DNA of 59,893 bases, the filler included, from Sluysia triapertura (Eukaryota), in the NCBI GenBank assembly GCA_046118255.1. It is 5 parts of 5 records of this genome, joined end to end, with 100 filler letters (N's around TTAATTAATTAA, not from the genome) between each part and the next. Parts side by side here need not be neighbours in the genome. Positions count along the whole stretch, not along the records: positions 36,464 to 48,684 come from JBJNIA010128185.1; positions 48,785 to 59,893 come from JBJNIA010188732.1; 3 more parts are not named here. One strand, written 5' to 3'. A model generated the notes under the pieces. The model ran no database searches and was not told the origin of the DNA. It saw only the letters and a list, made by a program, of their open reading frames with translations. The translations under genes were made by a program, and so were the position numbers. Shown piece by piece: positions 40,161 to 52,510 of this stretch (its first letter is position 1; every line of letters starts with the position of its first letter).

Positions 40161-41204
40161 ACATTTAATCCAAAATAAAAATCTTAATCACATCATAATC
40201 TAAAATTTCCACATAACTATTGTAAATTTTCACAAGCAGCTAACATTTTTGGTGAATTGTTATTTAATCATTTATAAGTTTAATTTCTTTTAAAGGAAAG
40301 AAATTTTTACGTAAAATCATTGTAAAACGGTCTAGGTTAATCTAGACACAATAAAACTATTTTAAACATCTGAACAACATTATTTAAAAGTAATTTTAGT
40401 GACAACATTTATATACTTTTAATTAAAGTTTTATCTTTTTAAACGATATAGACTTGAATTACTTAAGTTAACAATTAAGTTAACGACATTATTGAGAAGG
40501 AATCATTAGGTAATTAATTAAAGCACTATTTCTTGTAAGATATTTTAATAAGCCATTTAATTAATAAAAGTATCATATAAAGTGATTTGTTAGTTAGAAC
40601 CTCTTCACTTATAAGAAAAACTTACGTAACGTCGCGTTAAGCTTAAACTGTGAAACATGAGCGAATCAAGTTATATCTATTTGCACGATCAGTTAAGTTC
40701 ATAAGTTTCTTTTAAATTATATGTTGCAATATAATAATGGAGAAGTAAACATTTTTGCGTCTTTGCAGTTATTAAAGTATATACTTTTTGATGATCCGGA
40801 AGACAGAAAAAGTGAAATCCCAAAATGTCAGATTCATATAAAAAAGAAGAGCTAAATAATAATTTTGCTCGTGATCGCAAAATATATGGTGGATTAATGT
40901 GTTTGTATTTTATTGTGGATTTTCTTCCAAACGAGCTACTAGATAGGTGACACTGTTTATGATTTTGATCGTCATATCAATTATAATAAATATCCAAAAA
41001 TACCAAAGTATTTATTTTGAAAAAACGATAATTTAAAATTAAAGTTTTATCAACTAATTTCGTACATTAAAATGGAATTAGGAGGCAGCTTTAGTTGTGA
41101 AGGTCAGGAAAATACACAATTTGAATGAGCAAAATAAGTAAAGAATGTAAAACTGTAAGAAACCAGAAAAAATATCTTATTTTAAACGTTTACTTGATTT
41201 AAAT

Positions 41205-42611
41205 TAGGGTTTTCAAAGTGCCGAAAATTTTTTACCTGGTAAATTACCACCAGAAAAATTCAATCCAGTGTTTTACCTCTTTTAACCGATTTCCGAGCAC
41301 TTTCATAAATTAAGTGCCCACTGTTTTCAGTGTTATAAACACTCTTTCTATACATTTTAAAGTAAATAAATTAACTTAAATGAGGTAATAAGACCAAAAA
41401 AATATTATGTATTAAAAAAAATATATTCAGTATCTAAAATGTATTTTTCGCCTATTTAAAGAATAACACTTCATCAGAAGTTCTTTATTTCTCAATATTT
41501 GCAAAGTATGACTTCAGAAAGTTCAAAGTTTTTTAAACGATAACCGAGAACGAACCTTTGTTAAAAAATACCCTGCAGATGAAAAAGATCCTTCAAGTTT
41601 TACACATGTTACTTTAATTGTGAATAGGCTTCGGTGTAGCTTTTCTAAACGTTCAGAAATCAATGTAATAATACTATTCCATCTTTCTTAAATATTCTTC
41701 TAACTTTTGAAATTATTTCACCAAAAGTTTCCTCACATAAAGAATTACAATTCATTTCAGAGTCAAAAGAGTCATGTCTAAGGGGTTATCATAATCGTCT
41801 CAGTCTTCAATATTTCCTTGATTATCTTCTTCATCTTTCAAGTACATTTTTCATCATCTTTTTCAAGTTTTTTCCTTTGTACGAAACACCGCACAATGTT
41901 AAATGAATACCATGGGCTGCTAAGCAGAGTTGATAAACAAATTCGTTTTCCTTGCCAAATTTGATCATGGCAGAAGTTCCATCGGATGTTACTCCGACTA
42001 TAGAGCAATTTAAATTTAATTTAAATTTAACCTGTCTCTCACGATATCTGTGATTCTATAACTTTTAGAATATAGCCATTAATATTCTAAACCATTAATA
42101 ACTAAACCATATTATATACATTAATATTCATAAACCGAATATTCTGCGATGATGTATACTAGTCCAGTGAAATTGAATAACGAATTCCGGCCTTAATCTG
42201 ATTAGAAAAATATTTTGTTAATTCAGTTTTTTATTTCATAAAAGTTAAGCATTGAATTCCTCACGCCGTTTACAGAAATTGGCGGCTTTTTGTCGAACAC
42301 ATTTTTCATCAAATTATTTTGAATGAACTCACTACCAGCAATTTGCTTAAAATTTAAATCGCCTTTGCAAGGCAATTTGGCTATAACTTCATCGGCAGAT
42401 TTCCTTTTGATCAAATGTTCTAAAGTTTTCTGCTTTTTACATGAAGAACCACTTGCTTCATCCTCAAGATCGATCTCAAGAACTTGTGCAATCCAGATGT
42501 TGAGCTACCGACAGATTTCAGCACCGGTATTTGATTCTTCGGTTTAGGTAATATCCATAATTTTTGAATCCCGGTATTAACCGGTATTATAGCACCGGTT
42601 TACAAATCCTA
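41205..42611 (-). mobile_element. Internally deleted hAT DNA transposon with both ends
   Basis: Imperfect TIRs TAGGGTTTTCAAAG / rc TAGGATTTGTAAAC; 8-bp TSD ATTTAAAT at 41197-41204 and 42612-42619; transposase remnants YSISLD*YTS and IVGVTSDGTSAMIKFGK...QLCLAAHGIHL (catalytic D motifs and C..H-like motif). Confidence 0.88.
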
Positions 42612-43363
42612 ATTTAAATATTTAAATTAATTTATCATTATCAAAAATGTCGATTAAGTGTTAATTTCTTTAATTTCACTCAATTTTACCTCTAAATATT
42701 ATTGTTGCTATTTGTGAATAGGTTTGACTAGAAAAGAATTTAAATATGGACATCAAATTTTAATGCAGCGAAAATTTATTTTTAATAGTATAGATCAAAG
42801 GTGCGCAAATTAAGGGGCGAAAAAGATTCTAAAATAGTTAGATTTTACAAACAAAGTTTTGTTTTTTCTTTGAATATTTTTTGTTGTTTTTTACCAATTC
42901 AAGTAATTCCAGCATCTAATTCCATAATTTACGTTCTTGATGTAGAACAATCATCAAGAATATAATTTCAAAGCAAATATACTGCAAAGATATTTTTATT
43001 AAATTTATTTTTAGTAAATTTTTAGTATTTATTAGTCTATTATTTATTAGTCTTTAGAATTAATAAATAAATTTTAAAAAATTGAAATTATCGTTAAATA
43101 AAATTTTTGATTATTAAATTATTATTTATCAAATTTGTTCATTAAAATTATTATTTATTATTTATCAAAAATTAATAAAGAAATATTTAAACTTTATAAA
43201 AGAATTTGTTATAAGTTTTATTATAAAATAAAATAAATAAATATTAAAAAAATTTAATTTTATTATTTAAAACAAATTATCACTGTAAAAATACTATATA
43301 AGGAGTCAAGAATTTTAGTAGGACACATTAAAACTTTGTTGAATCGAAAGAAGCAGAATATTT

Positions 43364-43530
43364 GTAGCAGCTTTAGTGACAGTTTAATCGAGAAGAATAT
43401 ATTAATATTTATATAAGAAGATGATTTTTGCAGCAGCTTTGACAGTTTAATCGAGAAAAGGAATATATTAATACAGGAGAATATTTATATAAGAAAATAA
43501 TTTTAAAAACAATTTTACCGACGGTTTAAT
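43364..43530. repeat. Local tandem duplication, ~66-bp unit, ~2.5 copies
   Basis: GCAGCTTT..GACAGTTTAATCGAGAA..GAATATATTAATA occurs twice, plus a partial GACGGTTTAATC. Confidence 0.8.
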
Positions 43531-44337
43531 CATTAGTTTATTTTAATTATTAAGATTAATTTTAATAAAATTATAAAATAGACGTAATTGTTTAACAAAA
43601 CGTTTAGTAAATTTTTCTTACAATATCAAATCCTTTTTAAAATTTAATCATTAAATATTAATTAATAAATTAATATTTATAAATCGTTCATCGAGTTCCT
43701 AACTTAGACAAAAAATTAAAATTAGATTGAATCATTTTAATCATAATTAATAGATTGATTATACTTTCAACCCATAACTTAAAATTAAGGACTTTAACTA
43801 ATTTATTTGCAATTAAAGTTAGCTTTAAACTTTCATTAACTTAATATCTAGGTTGATTTTACGACATATTATTATATACATTTGCTTTTTATCTAAAATA
43901 TAAATTGACAACATTATTATTAATCAATTTATTTCTGTATAACTGTTCTATTTCTATTTCGTCTTTGTTTTATACAATTGTGTTAATTTAGTATTTAGTT
44001 ATTTATTAATAAATAGTTTTAGTATGTCTTTTTAATTTTAAGTAAGTAATTACACTACGTTATTCGTCCGGAAAGTTTAGGTAATAGCTATAATTAGTAA
44101 AGCGACAAAATTAGAAATAACATAAGAAGCCTCCAAATTATTATTTTTTGAAGCTACAAAATCTGTGTGCAGGCCCTTCAGTGAGTAAGTGTAGTATAAC
44201 AGAGAACTCACGTTTAGGATAAGTCGTAATTTAATTTTTTATAACTAAGTATTATTTGAAATAATGAATAAATATGTATTAAATGTTTATCTAATTAAAG
44301 TATAAAATCGAAAGCATCTCAACTTCTCATGCGGCAG

Positions 44338-44490
44338 TTACAGCCGGGCGTGACGATTTGTTAAAACGTTTTCTACTAATTTCACAGCTTCCAAGGAAGT
44401 TCCCCATGACAAACCAATGCCACTAGAACCATGACCATAATTGTGAACAACTGGAATACGAATGTCATGGCTACTGTATATATTCTCAAT
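44338..44490 (-). CDS. DDO: D-aspartate oxidase (DAO/DDO family) terminal exon
   Basis: Acceptor TTTAG|; IENIYSSHDIRIPVVHNYGHGSSGIGLSWGTSLEAVKLVENVLTNRHARL* contains the HNYGHG..G...SWG family signature and a PTS1-type ARL end. YGHGS and WGT.LEA favour DDO over DAO. Confidence 0.88.
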   Translation of the reverse strand: MENIYSSHDIRIPVVHNYGHGSSGIGLSWGTSLEAVKLVENVLTNRHARL

Positions 44491-44544
44491 CTAAATTATT
44501 TGATAATATGCATTTAAAATATTTATAACTTTTGACTGATATTA

Positions 44545-45068
44545 GGGTAAGGTTGCTCAAGTCGTAACCCTTAAGAAAAGAACTGTATAAAACATATGAT
44601 TTATCAATATTAACCAACACTTTGTTAATATTGGTATTATGCATTATAACTAAATTAGGAAAATCTATATGCTTTCACGTAATGAAACTAATTCTTTAAA
44701 AACTTACTTCAGTACAAATAAGTCAACTTGTTTCTTAAGTCGTACCACCTATTTCAAACTAAACATCACGTAATATTGAATAAAATTAATAGGATTTCGT
44801 TTCGACCAAATGATTAGGTAAATTCTACTGAACTTATATTTAATATGAAACATAATTTTATCAATTTACTGCCAAACATATCCAAAAAATTATAAGAAAA
44901 CTGAAATAAACTTACTTGATGAGAAAATGTACAACGTGGCTTGCTTACGTTAAATAGTAATGTCACACAACTTAGCTCACTCAGATGTATTTTTTAATTG
45001 CCTACGTATATGATGTTGTCGCGGTAGTTTGTGCAAAATGCATGTGGTACGACTTGAGTCATTTACCC
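44545..45068. mobile_element. Tc1/mariner-superfamily (pogo-like) MITE
   Basis: TA|GGGTAAGGTTGCTCAAGTCGTA...TACGACTTGAGTCATTTACCC|TA; an internal copy of AAGTCGTACCAC lies near 44737. Confidence 0.8.
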
Positions 45069-45611
45069 TACATGAAAAAATTAAATTTTTAATCTTTAAC
45101 AATAATAAGCGAATTAAACATATACATAAAAATTTAAATGTTACTTTAAATAAAGTGAACTGAAATAAAAATATGCAATTGATAGCTAATTTAGTAAAGT
45201 ATTGAAGTTTAGATGTCGTTTGCATAAATCTAGAAATTACTAATGCATTTTCTATGCGCGAAAAAAATTAACTACAAATCAAGGGTAGAATGAAAATAGT
45301 ATAATTAATGTAATATCAAATCAGTTATTAAAAATGTTATTGACATGTTAAGTGTTAAGAATGTTATGTATGTGTTAAATAAATTGGTATAGATTTAATT
45401 CTATAAAAATCTATACTTGAATGCCTTCAGTATGTTGATTTCATTTCACAGAATTTTTAAGATAATTCAAAATATCTCAATAAAAACAAAAAGCAAACAT
45501 AAAAATAAAAATAAAAAGCAGAATGTAAAAAAAGTAGATTGGAATTCATTGCACTTAATTAGTAAGCATAAACAGTTACGAATTATTGGGAGCACCGCAG
45601 GAACAAAAACG

Positions 45612-45925
45612 TAGTTTTTCGGGAAGGAATTTCGTTTTTTCCCAATTTCACACTTAAGTAGCATTTTGGTAATCATAATATAAGTTTGGCAACTTGCCCA
45701 AGGCTTTTGCAGCTTGAATGGGATGTATTGACACACCAACCATATTCTCCACATTTGGCACTTTCGGACTATTACTTGTTCCGGTCTCTGAAAAATCTTT
45801 TGGACGGGAAGACCATTACTTCAAATCAGGACGTCAAATATCACTTGGATAAGTTTTTTGCCAGCAAATATCTGAAGTTTTATGAGCGTGGAATCAATCT
45901 CCTGACCGAAATGGAGAATATATAA
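45612..45925 (+). mobile_element. Mariner transposase C-terminal remnant
   Basis: LEWDVLTHQPYSPHLALSDYYLFRSLKN...FYERGINLL matches the mariner HPPYSPDLAPSDYHLFRSL motif; a possible TIR remnant lies at ~45612-45640. Confidence 0.9.
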
Positions 45926-48684
45926 TTTAATAAAATGTTTATACATTTGCTGTGGTTCTCTTAACACTTAACCTAAAACAAAATAAAAAAAATTAAACAG
46001 GGTCCAGTTGCAATAACGTCTCATGTCGTAAAGAGGGCATTCCTGTAACTATATCTAAGCAATTTTTAACGTGAAAATTAAACTTTTAATACTTTGGAAG
46101 GCCTTAAGCTTAATGATTTGCTTATAATTCTAGTCAATCCAATAGTTACTTTTCAAGAATACCTTTTTTACTTTATCAATTTAAAATCTAAATTTTATAT
46201 TAATATTATGTTCTCTTAATTTATATCAAAATTAAAGCAGTTCCAAATTTTATTAATATTTATTAATATCAAAGAAAAAGTCAAATATTATAAGAAAAAT
46301 AAGAGGATAGACAAAAATAATATTTTATAATTTTTTAAGCTTTTTAATCGTTTTATAATGGATTTTAATTTAAAATTTTCCTTTCATTAGATCGGGGTAA
46401 TGAAAAATTATTAAAAGAATTTAAGTCGATTTTATTATCTCAATCGTGAGGATTGAAACATTTAAAACAAATATAACTTACTAAATTGATGGAATCATAG
46501 TGATCCGATTGCGTTGTTGAGTCCCTACTATAATTATCTAAACGATTTAATTCAAGTTCAAGCTAACTAAAACAAATAAGTTAAAATGACTGATACCGAT
46601 TAATTGGTACTAATTCTAAAATTGCGATTTTCGTTACAAATGATCACCAAAATTTTATAAAAAATGTACAAAAATCAAAATGGCAACTTTCATTAAACTG
46701 ATTCTATTTTATGCAGCAGTCATCAGCCAATAGAAATCGATGGAATGTATAAAACATTATAGAAAATTCTTTTCTACTTTTAGTAATGAATTTTCTTTTT
46801 AAAAATTAAGATTTCTTTTATGAAAAATAAGATTTTAAATGGATTACGTCCATCAATTTGATAATTTGTGATGACAACACACTTTAAAAATCGTGTTTCA
46901 TTTTCACGAAATTATTTTCTGAAAAACTCATAAGTAATGTAAAAATGAATACAATAAGCCCAAGGTGATATAAAGCATATATAAATAAATGAATTAAATA
47001 GCCAAAGTCATATTATAAAACAAAATCAGGCAGCAAAAATTTTCTTAGTTGGAGTAAGATTTCAGGAAACGATTCGATGATATTATCAGCAAATTATTAA
47101 AGGAATTTTGGAAATGGTTGCTGAATTATTTTAAAGGAATATAAAATTGGTGACTGAGCCATATTTCAAGAAATAATTCAACAAAATCAAAGTTTATAAA
47201 GCATTTTTAGAACTGGATTATTGAATCATTTCAAAAGAATTTGAAACTGCTTCCAGATTCATAGATTTCAGTAAACAATTCGACGATATTAGAATTTCTA
47301 TTTTTGATTTAATATTGAATCTTTAATATTAAATAAAGTCCACGTAAGTACAATATCTTAGTATGTAATGTTTCACATAATTTAAAGTACTTAAACTTGT
47401 AATAAAATAAAATCATTTGAATTTAAATTTATTGGATTCAAATTATGCTCGATATTTTGTTATTATATCTCAGAATTTATTATAACATTAATCTCTTAAT
47501 ATTGTATTAAAGAAATATATCTTAACATCTTTTAATTATTCTGACTCTGAGATATTTAAGATTCTGTCATATAATAAAAATTTTTTACTTCCGTCTTTAC
47601 CAACAGACGTACGTTCAGAACCAACGTCCGAGAAATTAGTTTTAACGCACTGAAATTAATTTGATAGCAGATATTAAGAGATGAAAGTAAACATTCATAA
47701 ACAAATTTCGATTTTGCATACTTATCATCTAAGCAAAGTTAACTCATTGCAACTGATTTTATAACAAAAATAAGTTAATAACAATATAATTTTCATCTAC
47801 AACACAAATAACAATTCTCAATTCTACTACTTATATCATCTTAAAACTTTTTAATATAATTTTTAAGGGACTAATAATTTCATATCAATTTCTGACAAAA
47901 TTATAAATTATAATAAACATTTCTGTTGTGAATATTATTACAATTCATTTCTTTCTTTCACTACATTTTACCGACGCCCTTAATGTTATTTCTCCGACAA
48001 AAGCATCATTTGGAATGCATAAATGTCCACTTACAATTATCTGCCGATCTAGATTGACTGAATTTAGTATAAGTTGGTATATTTATTATATTCGAAATTG
48101 AGAAGTCAATTGTACGATGTTAGTATTAGCAGAATATCACATTCACAAAACAGAAACATCTCATGAAGAGAATAATTTTGTATATATGCCAAAAGTCTTT
48201 AATACCACCGATACTTAAACTTCTTATTGAAGATGTTTATATATATATCAAAAAAGGTATCATCAGTTTGGTGTTATATGAACGACTAATAAGTTAATAA
48301 AAATTGAATTGATAAAAAACCGACAAATGCACAGTGAAATATGAGAACCAGGTATTAGTTGATTACATGATCTTACAATAACAATAATACAATTGAAGCA
48401 ATTGTTAAGAGATTATTTACAACCTATTTGTGGAATCTAATGTTTTCATAAACGTTATATCTCGATTTACAGTTGACATTAATCGCACAACTAAGCCTAA
48501 CGAGATCAAGTGTTTAAAGATAAAAACCAAATGATGACTGTAGTGGCCAACACCCACAACTCTAAATTTTCTCGAAACCTCACAACTTTAAATATCAACC
48601 ATACTTAACATATTCAAACCACAACAATCAGTTCACAAAAAACACAACATCTAAACCAATCACATTTCATACTATTCAATACAT

Positions 48685-48784
48685 NNNNNNNNNNNNNNNN
48701 NNNNNNNNNNNNNNNNNNNNNNNNNNNNTTAATTAATTAANNNNNNNNNNNNNNNNNNNNNNNNNNNNNNNNNNNNNNNNNNNN
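48685..48784. other. Artificial contig spacer
   Basis: 44N-TTAATTAATTAA-44N. Confidence 0.97.
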
Positions 48785-49032
48785 TTCTATAATGCATTGA
48801 TGTAATATGTCGAATTGGATTGACAACTTACATTATATACATTTTATAAAATATCAGTATTACAGATTATATTAACAGAATTCCCTGTCAGTTAGGATTA
48901 TTATTATTATTATTACTATAATTATAATAGTAATTATTGTTGTATTATACAAAATATGAGAATTTCATTATTCATTCATTGAAATAAAATAATTTAAATT
49001 AATTAAATCAATTTGATAAAATTACCTTTTGC

Positions 49033-49070
<38 letters not shown>

Positions 49071-49859
49071 TTCACATTTTGAGAATATGCTTTAATATAG
49101 ACTTTGTTTTTATTGATTATAGTAAAGTGAAACCTATATGAAAAAATTAATAATAGTAAATAAACTTTGTTTTTACATTACCAAAATTTATTTGAAGTTT
49201 TGAAATAAACTTATTAAAATGATGTTATTACATCTCATACACACAAGCACATTTTTCCATCACTTAAATCATTTCCTAAAACCTCTCAATCAATGTTTTC
49301 CAATATGCACATCTCTTTTCATCGCAGAGAAATCTTTTAATTATGTACACATATCTTATCTAACAAAATTTTTATGTATATTTGGTTTCAACAACGGAGT
49401 AAAGCATCAAAATGTCATGTAGAGGTCCTATTATTTTCTATTCTAAACTCTATTCATCTTGTACAATAATTTAATCTCATTAACTTGCTCATTGTTTTTC
49501 AAATATGGAACTGTACATCACGAGTATTTTTAAAATTACAAATAATTAAGTACATTTTTTGTATTTTATTGAATGGATTTATATAGATATAAATTAAAAT
49601 TTTAAAAAAATGATTCCAAACAAATTTAGTCGCCGTACTCGTAGCAGTGAAATGCTTAGCATGAGTTTACTGGTGACCCATTAAGAACTGTACACACAAT
49701 ATCAAAACAAAATTCTTAATAAGCAATTTGTTAAGCTAAACATTTGTTATCATAGTTTGATTTCTAAATGCGTAATTTAAACAAATATATTTTAAAAATC
49801 ATTATAAAAACTATTTAATATTATTTTATGGGGAAAAAAATATCTATTATTTAATCAAG

Positions 49860-49964
49860 GAACAAGGTGTTTACACAGAAAATCCGGAAAGTGATTCATT
49901 TTCAGGTACCGCGAATCAAGCAATAATTTATGATAAATATGTGGAAGAAATTATTTGGAATGAG
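49860..49964 (+). CDS. DNAI1: Axonemal dynein intermediate chain (DNAI1/IC78-like) internal exon
   Basis: 105-nt phase-0 exon (AAG| ... GAG|GTTAAT): EQGVYTENPESDSFSGTANQAIIYDKYVEEIIWNE resembles the remembered DNAI1 segment [25 protein letters not shown]. Confidence 0.7.
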
Positions 49965-50095
49965 GTTAATTATATAATTATATTTAATTAATTTTTAAGT
50001 ATTATACAATTATTTTCAATAATTTAAATTAATCAAAGTAAAATTGTAAAAACAATAGTTACAATACTAACATTTTGATTATAATTGTTTATATA

Positions 50096-50097
<2 letters not shown>

Positions 50098-50152
<55 letters not shown>
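50098..50152. repeat. (ATT)n microsatellite
   Basis: Direct reading. Confidence 0.95.
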
Positions 50153-50153
<1 letters not shown>

Positions 50154-50547
50154 AAATATTTTAATACTCTATGTTATTTTCAATTATAATATTTTTCTCT
50201 AAACATTTTTTTCAGATAAATGTTTTAAACAAAGTAAAATAAATCTAACGCCTTTAATATGTCGGATGTGTCTAATATTTGTTGAGCAATAATAAAATAA
50301 TGAAACATTAAAATAATGTGCAAGTTTTTTATCTTAAAAATTTACTTACGCTTAAAAAAACTGAGGGTCGATTCGCCTAATATATAAGTTTTATACCATT
50401 TCTGGAGACGTGTTATTAGGATTTAAACTTATCAAAAACTTGAATATTAACTTTTAATCGGCTTACAATGAGTATGTCTAATCTTAAATCAATTATACTT
50501 AAGTCAAACTTTATAATTAAATTAAATTTAATTATTATATTTACAAT

Positions 50548-50914
50548 AGCCTTCTTAAGGTCTAGTTCAATAAATATGATAGATCACACAAGCTTTTTTA
50601 AGGTCCTTTACAAAAATAATTCAAAGAATTTAGTTAATTACTCTAGCCTTTTTAAGGTCTATATCGAAAAAACTAACGTAGTAAATTTAGAAATTACACT
50701 AGCCGTATTAAGGTCTAGTGGTAAAAATGATCTTGGTTTTTTAGTAATAATAAAATAAATGAACTTCTTAAGGTATATTGCGAAAACAAATAAAAAACTT
50801 TTACAGTTTATAAACAGAACTTGGATAAAAATTATAACAAATATAATAATTTTAAAAGCTCAGTTGGAGGTTTAGATATTTTAGTATTAAATTTCGCAAG
50901 CCTTTTTAAGGTCT
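50548..50914. repeat. Degenerate array of six AGCCTTTTTAAGGTCT-like cores
   Basis: Cores start at 50548, 50591, 50645, 50701, 50761 and 50899. Confidence 0.75.
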
Positions 50915-52125
50915 TACATAAAAATAAATAAATTTAAGTGTATTTTAGTATTCTCTTATAAAATGAATACATAAACCCTATAAAATAAAATATAAATTAG
51001 ACATGGATGTTGTTTCCAAAATAAATTAAAGATTTTCAACAAAAAATTGACTTCTTTTCTTTTCTAAAATTTTCGTTCTGATATTATGTTAAAAATTATT
51101 TTCTTTTATATTAAATTTTGGGAAGCCATATTGTTTATTTTCTAAATTGATTAATTAAAAGAAATTTTTTACTTAAACAAGTAATTTATAAAATTCTAAT
51201 TTTTCTAGATTTAAAATTATTTAAAATTTTAAAATTTATATTTTATTTAAAAATAATATTTTGTTTAAAAATATTTTAAAATTTTATTTTATAAATTATA
51301 AAACTATTTTTTATTTTATAATTATAAATTTATTTTATTTCCTTATTAAAATTATATTATTTCTATTTATTTAAAATTTAATATTTTATTATAGTTTAAA
51401 TAGTTATTTAAAATATAAAAAGGAAATTTACATATAAATGTACAAAACATAAAACTGCACCTTGACAAATGTTATGATGAGCTACTAGAATATGTTAATA
51501 TAAATAAACAGAAAGTGGTTTATATTGTCCTAATGATTGTATGTTGATATTAAATAAAATAAATTTTTATTGCATATTAAATAAAATTCATTAATAAATT
51601 ATTGTTTAATTAGATTTTCAAATTTATCTTGCAATACTGTGTAATAAATAAAATTTATTATGACAAAAATCGAATGAATAATAAATTATTATTTTCTTTT
51701 TATGTTTTATTTTATAAATATTTTGTTATATTAACAAAATTTTTATATAAACAGATTTTAATATGAAAACAATAAATTTTAACATTTATAAAGTTAAAAT
51801 TTATAAACAATAAAGTTAACATTTATAATAACGATTAAAGAAATATAAATAAAATTATCTGTTGTTACGATGAATACGAGTTGTAAATTTTATTAAGGAA
51901 CAGAATTTCAAGAATAAGTTTTAAAGAGAATTAACGTCTAAAGCTGACTAGATTTAAGATGAGAGACTAAATAAAATATAATATATTACTAACAATTGTT
52001 AAAGTATATTTTTTAAATTTTACGTTATTATTGTTTTAAAAGTTACTACATGTTTATTTTAAGCTTATCAAAGTTTAACCTTAGTTTATGTTGTTAATAA
52101 TCAATAAGTCTTATTCACTTTAAAA

Positions 52126-52510
52126 GTTTACCAAGATCTTATGAATATAGATATATGTAAGATAATAAAAGATACAAAATTAGTAAATGAACATATTTGT
52201 TATTTTTGATATAACATTCATTTGATATAAATAACATTTGATGTAAAAAACATTCATTAGCCAAACCTACAAATTCATTAGTCGATTCTAATTGTTATCT
52301 TAGAAATTCGATTTCGGATTAGGGCAGATAAATGATTCTTATCAGTATCAAAATGGCACGTTGACTGAATATGTAACAACTCGGTGATATCACGCACCAG
52401 ATCATATGCTTAATTTTAAGATCGATTACAAAGATATGAATATATGGTTTATCGGTTGTATGTGGTCATTATTTACTGGAAAATATTATATTGCTCAAAA
52501 CATTTTTAGT
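52126..52510 (+). pseudogene. MAPK1: ERK1/2 MAP kinase pseudogene fragment, apparently intronless
   Basis: VYQDLMNIDICKIIKDTKLVNEHICYF*Y..KNIH*..KPTNSLVDSNCYLR/FDFGLGQINDSYQYQNGTLTEYVTTR*YHAPDHMLNFK...IWFIGCM..LFTGKYYIAQ is colinear with ERK (QDLMETDL, HICYFLY, KPSN, DFG, TEY, APE, MLNSK, PGKHY); stops, frameshifts and deletions, HRD missing. Confidence 0.9.

Noticed and set aside
41440-41480. Hammerhead ribozyme (minus-strand CTGATGA...CGAAA)
   Set aside because: Stem II does not pair, and the sequence lies in hAT transposase remnant.
46482-46537. Candidate 56-nt exon (TTTAG|...|GTAAGT, minus strand) upstream of the DDO exon
   Set aside because: No frame resembles the expected GLRP.R..VRL segment of DDO; splice-like words are common here.
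50548-50914. CRISPR array
   Set aside because: Repeats are short and degenerate, spacers are mutually similar and uneven, there are no cas genes, and the context is eukaryotic intron-like.
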